Assembly (NCBI RefSeq): GCF_009914755.1
Contig: NC_060941.1
Origin: the human T2T-CHM13v2.0 reference genome, Homo sapiens
Strand: one strand, 5' to 3'
Length of the DNA: 64,000 nt
The number at the start of each line of letters is the position of its first letter. The first letter of the stretch is position 1. Both the position numbers and the translations under genes were made by a program. Shown here in pieces: positions 53,020-64,000 of this stretch. The notes under the pieces are model-generated. The model did no database searches and had not been told where the DNA came from. It was given only the letters and a program-made list of their open reading frames with translations.

Positions 53020-53025
53020 TTTATT
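53020..53025 (-). terminator. TMEM256: TMEM256 polyadenylation signal (AATAAA)
   Basis: tttatt on plus = AATAAA on minus, ~85 nt after the stop. Confidence 0.8.
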
Positions 53026-53110
53026 TGCCTTTCCTTTTTAATCCTCTTCTTACTCCAACTCTTTAAAAAAAAAACTGCCCAGAAAACCCAGTAATTAAGC
53101 AAAAGGGAGC

Positions 53111-55700
<2,590 letters not shown>

Positions 55701-58299
55701 GGGGTCTCCCTCTCCCCATCTCCCTCCCTGCGCCTGGTTTCCCCCAGCCTGCTCTGTCTGCGTGTCTCCGCCTAGGGATGCTCTCGCCGTGTCTCTGCGT
55801 CTTGGTCTCTTTGTCTCTGCCTCTCTCCAGTCCATGAATGATCCTTTGAATGGGCCCACAGACCCCGTGTGTTCCCATCTCCCCCTCCCCCTCCTTCTCC
55901 CCTTCCCAGCCAAGCCATTTTCACCACTGCAGGAAGGGGGGGCCTGCGGCCTGAGCCCCCGTCCCTCAACTCTCCCCGGCTGGGGGAGTCAGGCCTGGGC
56001 AGGAATGGAGAGAGAAGGCAGAGGGATAGGGAGAAGGAGGAGGGAGCAAGATGTGGCAGACAGAGATGAGGAGAGAAAATGGGGGAGACAGTGATGGGGA
56101 AAGACAGGAGAGAGAGACAGAAGGCTTAAGGGGGAAATTTGGGGAAGGCATTTGGAGAGAGAGAAAGAAATGAGAAACACCAAGGAGAGAGATACAGAAG
56201 AGAAAGATGTAAAAAGACCGAGGGTGAGAGACTGAAGGCAAGAGCTGGGGCAAGCTGGAAGAGGCCCACAAAAGATGCTCCCAGGGAGCACTACGGAGAG
56301 GAGAGAGATGGGGGGGCCTCCAGTGGGAGGGAAGGAGGGAGCGGAGCTGGTGGGAGGAGGCCAGGGGCCCAGAGTACCCTCAAGAGGAGAGGGTGACTGA
56401 GGCAGATCTTGTTGTGGGGAGGGGGAGGGGGCAGCAAGGCCATGGTAGCTGAGCCCAGTCTGGCACAGGAAAAGGAGATCCTGGGGGAATCAGCCCCGAG
56501 CCACCTCCAGGTGATGGAGGAATAGAGGAGCCTTAGAGAAGCTGAAAGGCAGGGGGCATGACTGGGTGTGTGTGGTAAGGATTCCTGTGTCCTCATCTCT
56601 GGAATAAATTGACACCTGCAGAGAGCCACCCGCGGGCTGGCGCCTGGCTCTGAAAACCCCGCGTCAGCAAACAGCTCTGGCGGCTGGTGGGGGGGCGGGG
56701 GGGGGGGCTTGCCGAAATGACCTGGGTGTCCGCCCCTCCGGTCTGATCTTCTCCCTTGGCTGGCCCCTGCTGCCCTGAGCACCCAGGCATCAGAGCAGCA
56801 ACTGTAGGGGGGGTGGCAAGGGGAAGGGTAGGTGAATGGATGGGTTGGGATGGGAAGAGAAGAAAGCTCAGTGTTGCCCCCAGGACATGGGTCACAATGG
56901 CTTGCAAAGATGAAAAGGTGGTGGGGTCCAAGGTTGCTTGAAATTGCTGGAGGGGGGCAGTCAGTAGGCTCCTGTGATGTCTCTTCAAGCCCACCTCAGC
57001 ACCCCCTCTCCCAAGCCAGAGGCCTGGTCACTAAGGCTAGGCTTTGATTGGCCAACAGGCAGGGCTTTTAGCGTTCTTGGTGCCCCCAATCTCCCCCTCC
57101 TCTCAACATATATACTTCTTCCTCTATGTTAAGGTTGGGGGGAACTCTTGCATTCTGACTCACGCCTTTGCCCTCCCCTTCATGCCCTGAATGGACCCCC
57201 AAACCAAGCCAGCCCCTTCCCGTCTTCCTCCAGAACCCCCCTCCAGGGTTAAAGCTGCAGCCCGTTGCCGAGGTAACATTGCGGGGCAGCATCCCGTCAC
57301 CCGGCAACCGGCTGCAGGATCACGCATCTGTCCCTGGATTTGCCCCTCCAGCGTCCCCTCCCTACTCTAACCCCAGCCTCAAGGTACCCCAACTTCTGAC
57401 GGAGGAAATGGAGAGAGTCTGGGGAGAGAGGGGTCGCAGGCAGCACAAATCCTTAGCGAATGGTGTGTTGAAGTGGGGATAAGGTGCTAGGTTTGTGCAG
57501 TCCCAAGAAAGGCCTGAGTCTGGCCTGGGGTGGGGGTTCAGCGCCATGAAATTACAGCTCAGGAGTAATTAACACATATAAACAAACCTGCCTCTTCCAG
57601 CTAATTAATGACTTGGTATTTTTGTTTTCTCTTCCTTGTCTACCTCATTCCCTCCCAGGGAGGTGGGAGCTGGGACTCCTGAGTCCCTGAGGAGAACCTG
57701 CCTGGGAGGGATACATCAGCTGGAAGGGAGCATGCTGGGTCTGGAGAGCTGACCCGCCTCTCCTCTGGCTGGGTCCTGGACTTGAACCACATCTGGGCCC
57801 CACCCCCAACCTAGGCGTCTGCTGAGGGGAGAAGGGCTGCTGGGTGGGAGTGGGGAGGTGTCAGGGGGCCTGTGGGTGGGAGAAGGGGGCAACTTGGTCT
57901 GAATTCCAGGTCACTAACCACTTGTCTCTTCTGTTTCCCCATTCCTTTCTGTCTGCCCCATCCAATTTCCCTTGCCCTCTTCCACCTCTGTATTTTTCTG
58001 TCTGTCCGTCTGTCTGTATCCTGCCTCCCTGCCCCTCTCGCTCCACCCCCCGCAGGTCGGGCCTGCCTTCACCTTCTCCCACTTCCTTCCCCTTCCCCAC
58101 CCCGTGCCCCCTCCATGGAGAGGAACAGACCCCTTCTCTGTCCAGTCTAACCCAGGTCCCTCCCCAACCCCCTCCTCCCTCCTTTCCCCCCGCCCCTCCT
58201 CCCTCCTGGGGCGAGGGGGGCCTCCCTCCCTCTCCCCCCCTTCTCTCTCTCTCCGAGGGGGGGGGGTCCCAGGGAGGGAGGGGGGGTCCCCCGATCAGC

Positions 58300-61200
58300 A
58301 TGTGGCTCCTGGCGCTGTGTCTGGTGGGGCTGGCGGGGGCTCAACGCGGGGGAGGGGGTCCCGGCGGCGGCGCCCCGGGCGGCCCCGGCCTGGGCCTCGG
58401 CAGCCTCGGCGAGGAGCGCTTCCCGGTGGTGAACACGGCCTACGGGCGAGTGCGCGGTGTGCGGCGCGAGCTCAACAACGAGATCCTGGGCCCCGTCGTG
58501 CAGTTCTTGGGCGTGCCCTACGCCACGCCGCCCCTGGGCGCCCGCCGCTTCCAGCCGCCTGAGGCGCCCGCCTCGTGGCCCGGCGTGCGCAACGCCACCA
58601 CCCTGCCGCCCGCCTGCCCGCAGAACCTGCACGGGGCGCTGCCCGCCATCATGCTGCCTGTGTGGTTCACCGACAACTTGGAGGCGGCCGCCACCTACGT
58701 GCAGAACCAGAGCGAGGACTGCCTGTACCTCAACCTCTACGTGCCCACCGAGGACGGTAAGGGCGCGGGCACAAAGCCGGGCACCCCGTGGACACAGCCC
58801 ACAAACGCACATGCAGACCCTCAGGCACTGGCACCGCTCTAGGGCTCAGAGCTGGGCCTTTGTGGGGGCAGTGAGGGACGGAGTGTCCCTGCAACCTCTA
58901 CGTGCCCCCTGAGGATTGTAAGGGTGCCTCCAGGCAGTCCCAGGCACACACTCTGCAGACAGCCTCTCCATAAGTTCTTTACGCCCATGGGGGGCCATGG
59001 TAGGGATGGCAGGCACTGGACTAGGCTCACCCACTGTCTCCCCAAAGAGGCACAGTCTGCCAGCTAATCTCAACCTGGCCACGGAGGGGGAATCAGGTGA
59101 TCCATCCTCTGCTCAGACACCCACTCCAACCTTGCCCCGCCTCCCGCCGCCAGACCTGGGCTTGTTCCTGGCAGAATACCCAGGTTAGCTACATCTGCAC
59201 CCCAAGGACAACGCAGGCTCTCCCTCTCCCCCTGGCTGGTGAGGGCTGCCTTCCATCTATCACATCATGTCCAGAGCCCCTTGCCTGAGCTGAGCACCTT
59301 GGCAGTGGTACCGATGTCCTTCTCTTCTCCCTTGACCCCTGTACGCCCCTGAAGGATCAGGGAAGCTCCTTGCTGAGGGCCAGCACAGCCCACCCGTCTT
59401 CCCTGGGGCTCTTGAATTTCTGTTCTTAATGAACTCTTGTTCACTACAGGACTGCTCATAGCCCCTGGCACATTCCTTCTGGACAGTTCTCCACCCTCCA
59501 TCCTCAGCACTCCAAGACTAATCAGAACACCTTCCAGAGTGTGAACAGGGTGCAATAGGTGGATTCCAGCCATCTCAGCAGACCAGCCTCACAAACACCC
59601 CCCTGCACCCCGCATGGCTCTTCTGACACCCATCTTACCACTCCAAAACATGGCAGCGTCTGCGTATAGACCATCCGCTGCCACCACGCTTCCCACAGTC
59701 CATGTTTCCAGCAACCTTACACATAGGCCTGGTACCCAGGAGCTCCTAATGTACCCTGTACATACCCAGCACCTCCACGGCATGTGCTCAAGTCCCAAAA
59801 CAGATGGCAAATCCCAACTACTCCACAATTAAATCATCACCCAACCAACCTGTACACTGACCTTGTGCTCCAGCACCCCACAATCACAATTCCCAGTACT
59901 TTCATATCACACACACCCCCAGTACATCTCTGAAACTATGTACCATGTCACCCACACACACCTGTGCTCCCCAGCATCCCTGGATATAGATCACGTGCCT
60001 TAAGAACATCCACACATCCAGTAACCTGCGCGCCTGGGCCGTGTGCTCAGCAGGCCCCTCACATCACAGTCCCCAACATCCCCAACACTCCTCAATCATT
60101 GTTTACCCCACTCCTACCTAGAGATCATCTGCACCGGACCTCAGGTGGTGAAAACACATCCGGCAAGCTTGCACCCTACTCACCAAACAAGTACTCCAAC
60201 ACCATGCCCCCTGCACTCAGAATCCCCCCCTGCCAAACACGGAACATCTCATGCACCTCCACCCACCCATGTCCATCCCAATACCTCGCAAATGGACCAT
60301 TCACCCTGTATCCCCCATCCCAGCCATACCCCTCTCCATATAAACCACGCCTCCCCACAACCCATACACACAATGCACAGAGCGTCATCTACTCTAATCC
60401 TATTCAAATTTGAAGCACCCTAGTTCCCCATAAGCCATTTATCCCAGTACATGCCCCACGTGCCCCCCAGTACAATGCCCTCCACAGAAGAGCTGTGCAC
60501 ACCACACTCCTCTGCCATCCCAGCGCCTGCCCCATCATGAGTCCTTCACCTCAGCACCTCCATGTGGGCTGCCCATCCCAGCACTCCCTACTCTCACACA
60601 GGCTCTGCACACCCCAGGGCCCCCTCATGGGTGCTGTCTCGTCACCTTCCATGTGAAACATCCACCCAGCACTTGTCACCAATGGACTGTCCACCCCAAC
60701 ACCTCCACACAGTTGTCCACCCCTGCCCCCACACCACCCTTGCCCACACCTTCTGTATTTTTAGCCACTGCTGATTGCAGACCTGCCTGGGGCCTGACAC
60801 ATTCAGGTGATCTCACTGAATCTTCACACCAGCTCTGGGAGGAAGAGGTTGACTCAGGCGCGCGCGCGCACACACACACGCGCTTCATAGACTCACGTGC
60901 ACACGTGCCTTGCTCACTTTGTCCCCACCCCATCCTCTCACAAAGAAGAGGCCCTGTTCCCAGCGGGTCCCCATGGGGCCATCACTGCCACTTAGGAGAC
61001 GCCTTCCAGAGCTTGCCTTGGCCTTGACCCATCCTTGGCCTTGACCCACGTGCCAGTCCCTGTGCCATTGAGGAAAAACCAATCAGCCTCGGGGAACCCC
61101 CAGGCCTCTGGGCTCCAGCTCGCCCCTGACCAACCCCGTAATCTGGAAGAAGCCCTGACACTGGGCGAACCTGGTGCTCCCGGTACCTGCTGGCACCTGT

Positions 61201-62251
61201 GTGCCAGGCTGGCTCAGGGCACTGTGTTCCTCGTTCCCTATCTGTGGACTGAACCACCCGCTCGGCCGTTGGGGAAGGGGTGCTTTTTGGCAGTGGAGCA
61301 GGGGCAGGGGAGGCAGCGGCTGGTGGCCCTGGTGGGAAATTCACCATTTTGGGGGGAGGAGAGGAAGCCTGGGTAAGGGATGAGGTTGGGGGGAGTGCGG
61401 AGGGTTGAGCTGGAGCGGAGGGCAAGACCTGATGACCCCCTTCCCTGCTTTGCCCACACTGGGGAGCTGGGGTGAGAAGCCAGGCCTGTGAGTGTGGATA
61501 GACGAGAAGTGCTGGTGGTGAGGCTGGGTAGCGGGCGGGCAGCCCCAGCTGACCTTCCCATAGCCCTCCAGTGGGGAGCGGAAGGCTTCTGGGGCTGAGC
61601 TGTGGGGCAGGCTGCCCCCCAACCCTGTCCTGCTCGCTGCCCTGCAGAGTGGTCCAGAGGGAAGCAGAGTCTTTTCTGCGGCAGTCTCTCCTCCCTACAG
61701 CCTTGTGGGGGGCGGCAGGCAGGTGCTTCGCTGGCCCTGAAGGGGGCCTTCTGAGAGGTGGCCTGGGTGGCAAGCTGGCCTTGGTCTCCCAGGGGCTCTG
61801 GGTGGGCTTCCCCTCCCCTCCCACCCCACCTCTAACACTGTTTCATTTCCAGCAATTAGCAAACACATCGACAAGCCAAAACCTTTCCAGCCAAGTCGAT
61901 ATGTCTTAAGACAGGCCTCAGCCCACTCAGGCACCCCACCCCCCCAAAACCAGCCTTTTCTTTGGGGCATGACTTTTTCTGGGGAGGGGAACAAAATTGG
62001 GTTGTAGAAACGTTTTTCTCTTTTCTTGGTTTCTTTTTCTTGCAAACAAATTTTGCTTTTTTTTGGCTTCTTTTTTCTGCCTCCCCCACCCTCCCCTTTT
62101 CTGCTTTCTCTCCTCCCCTCCCCATCCACCACCTCCCCCCGACCCCCATCTTTCCCCACAAAATTGTCCTTTTTTCTCTGTTTTGTGTTCCCGGTCTTAG
62201 GTCCGCTCACAAAAAAACGTGACGAGGCGACGCTCAATCCGCCAGACACAG
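58300..62251 (+). CDS. NLGN2: Neuroligin-2, first coding exon (58300-58756) and alternative splice-site-A exon (62201-62251); 3' partial
   Basis: Signal peptide [14 protein letters not shown] followed by the cholinesterase-like domain ([35 protein letters not shown]). The 51-nt phase-1 exon encodes [17 protein letters not shown], the NLGN2 insert A. Confidence 0.96.
60858..60883. repeat. Alternating purine-pyrimidine tract (GC)6(AC)5(GC)2
   Basis: gcgcgcgcgcgcacacacacacgcgc, 26 nt. Confidence 0.9.
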
Positions 62252-63861
62252 GTAGATTTAAAAATCCCGCTGCTGCATGTGGTTGCTTATAAGAGGACAT
62301 TCATGGCCCTGCCCCTCACTAAATGTCCCCACAGCCCTCAAGGCCCCTCAGTCGTTCTCCCAACTAAAATGAAAAAGAAAAGAAAAGAAAAATGTTTAAT
62401 AATTGGAAAAAAGAATTATGAAAACTTCAAACGAAATTTGAACAATGTTGGACCCAGTAGAAAACCTGCCAGAAAAGCTAAACATGGTGAAAATAAGCTG
62501 AAAAACAAAAAGAAATTGGAATGTCAGAAAAATAAAATTCAAAAGAATTGGTTAAAATGTTTAGAATTTGAAAGAAATCTGGACAGTTTTGAAACTTGTG
62601 AAATGTAACATTTGAAAAAACCAATTTGAAATTGGAACAAAACAACAGTTCAAAAAAAATTTAAAAGTTGGCAAATTGATGACACCATTGAAACATCAGA
62701 AGCCTGTCGCAATTTCCAAAAGCCTGTCAGACACAGAAAACGCAAACATTCGAAGTGAATTAAAGAATTTGACAATTTTTTAAAACAGGGCCCAATATCT
62801 TGAAGTTTCACCACAAAATTTTGAAAAAAAAATGCAAAGAATTTTTTTCTTTTTTTCTTTTTTCCCAAAATGGATCTTTTTGTTTTTTCTTTTCTTGTTG
62901 AATCTGCCCCGAGAGCTTCTTGCTTTTTGGTTGTTTTTTTCTTTCTTACTTTCTTTCTTTCTTCTTTCTTGATCCTGTTTTTGTTGTTGGTTTTGAATTC
63001 TTGTCGCCCCAGCCCCTCTTCCTGCTCCTTCCCTTTCTGACCCCTCCTCCCCTCACACTGGGAGAGGGGTGGGGTGAGGATGGGAGAACTGAGGACAATT
63101 AGGACAGGACCTTGGAGGGAAGGAGATTCCGGCCTGAAAGTGCTGGGAGGTCACTTGAGGTTCAGGAGCAAAGGAGAGGACAGGATTTGAGGAGAACCCA
63201 GCGAGGGTGCTGCCCACATAGAAGCTCTGGCGGAAGCAGTCAGGAGCATGGGGGCTGCACAGGGGGTCTTAGGGATGGGAGGCAGGAAGCTGTCTGTGAG
63301 GTCAAGGAGAATGTCTTAGTGACCTGCAGGTTGACCTTCTGGCAGGAGGGATGTTTCTACCAGGATGAGGGAGGTGGGCAGAGATGCTGGGGACCAGCTG
63401 TGGAGGCCCAGGCCTGGCTTTGGTTTGCTGAGTATCCAGGCTAGCAGGGAGGGCCAGTGTCAAGAAAGAGGAGGGCCTGTGGGCCAGGGGTGACCCCAGC
63501 CCTAGCACTATGGCTGAATCATGGGGAGCTGCAGGGGAGGATACTGTAGCCTCGGGGACCCTGGCAAGCACTCTCAGACTCCCACATCCTCTGGAATTAG
63601 TCACCCTTCAGTCCAATCTGGAGCAACTCAAGGGCCTGATCACATGTGGCAGTGATCAGGGGATCCTCAGGGGGTATGGCGGGAAGGAGCCCAGTGCAGA
63701 ACCCAGGGCTCAGGCCAGTTTGGGGGTGTCCAAAACTAAGCTGCACCCTGGCTTCATTAAGCAGGCTCTTCCTCCTCCTGCCACAGTAATTAGGCTGGGG
63801 GTTGCCATGGTGACTGGGGAGGTGACCTAGAAAGGAATTAGGGCGGGGAGGAGACCAAGCC

Positions 63862-63939
63862 CCAGGGACCCTAGGCCTGGCACCCCTCACCCACAGACCA
63901 GGGACCCTAGGCCTGGCACCCCTCACCCACCGACCAGGG
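63862..63939 (+). repeat. 36-bp tandem repeat (about 2.2 copies) in NLGN2 intron
   Basis: ccagggaccctaggcctggcacccctcacccac(a/c)ga at 63862 and 63898, with a partial third copy at 63934. Confidence 0.9.
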
Positions 63940-64000
63940 TGCCATGTGGAGTGGAGGCCCAAGGCCTGAGTCGGAGGAGACACCAGGACCCTCCCAGCAG

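Noticed and set aside
57537-57560. Possible REST/RE1 site (ttcagcgccatg...acagctc) upstream of NLGN2
   Set aside because: Only a partial left half matches; the GGACAG core and canonical spacing are missing.
57844-58299. In-frame upstream extension of NLGN2 (332-aa ORF)
   Set aside because: It has no in-frame ATG, crosses a polypyrimidine tract and acceptor, and would bury the signal peptide.
62219-62608. 129-aa Lys/Asn-rich ORF after NLGN2 exon A
   Set aside because: It is in a different frame from NLGN2, and its composition simply reflects the A-rich tract.

Overview
Primate (human-like) genomic DNA. The gene order and proteins match the human 17p13.1 cluster ACAP1 (last 4 exons, +) > KCTD11 (+, intronless) > TMEM95 (+) > a ~22 kb Alu/L1-packed intergenic block > TNK1 (+) converging on PLSCR3 (-) < TMEM256 (-), which sits head-to-head with NLGN2 (+, first coding exon and splice-site-A exon). 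I rebuilt exon structures by hand from GT/AG boundaries and phase. They sum to complete proteins: KCTD11 232 aa from ATG or 271 aa from an upstream ATT, TMEM95 176 aa, TNK1 666/661 aa, PLSCR3 295 aa, TMEM256 113 aa. Nearly all other ORFs in the track are Alu-derived or GC-rich noise. There is no CRISPR array, rRNA, tRNA or wholly new protein-coding system. The most interesting signals are regulatory or structural. (1) The KCTD11 leader combines a non-AUG start with a uORF. (2) A palindrome carries both putative poly(A) signals of the convergent TNK1/PLSCR3 pair. (3) Four Alus were inserted serially into one target site. (4) NLGN2 holds a set of RNA-processing elements: a GATC-hairpin array, a distant branch point, a uORF and a G4/hairpin before the AUG, a duplicated exon end with a decoy donor, a candidate 42-nt A1-like cryptic exon, and an A-rich tract with poly(A) signals after exon A. 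Repeat boundaries and subfamilies are by-eye estimates; the novelty of the findings has not been checked against databases.
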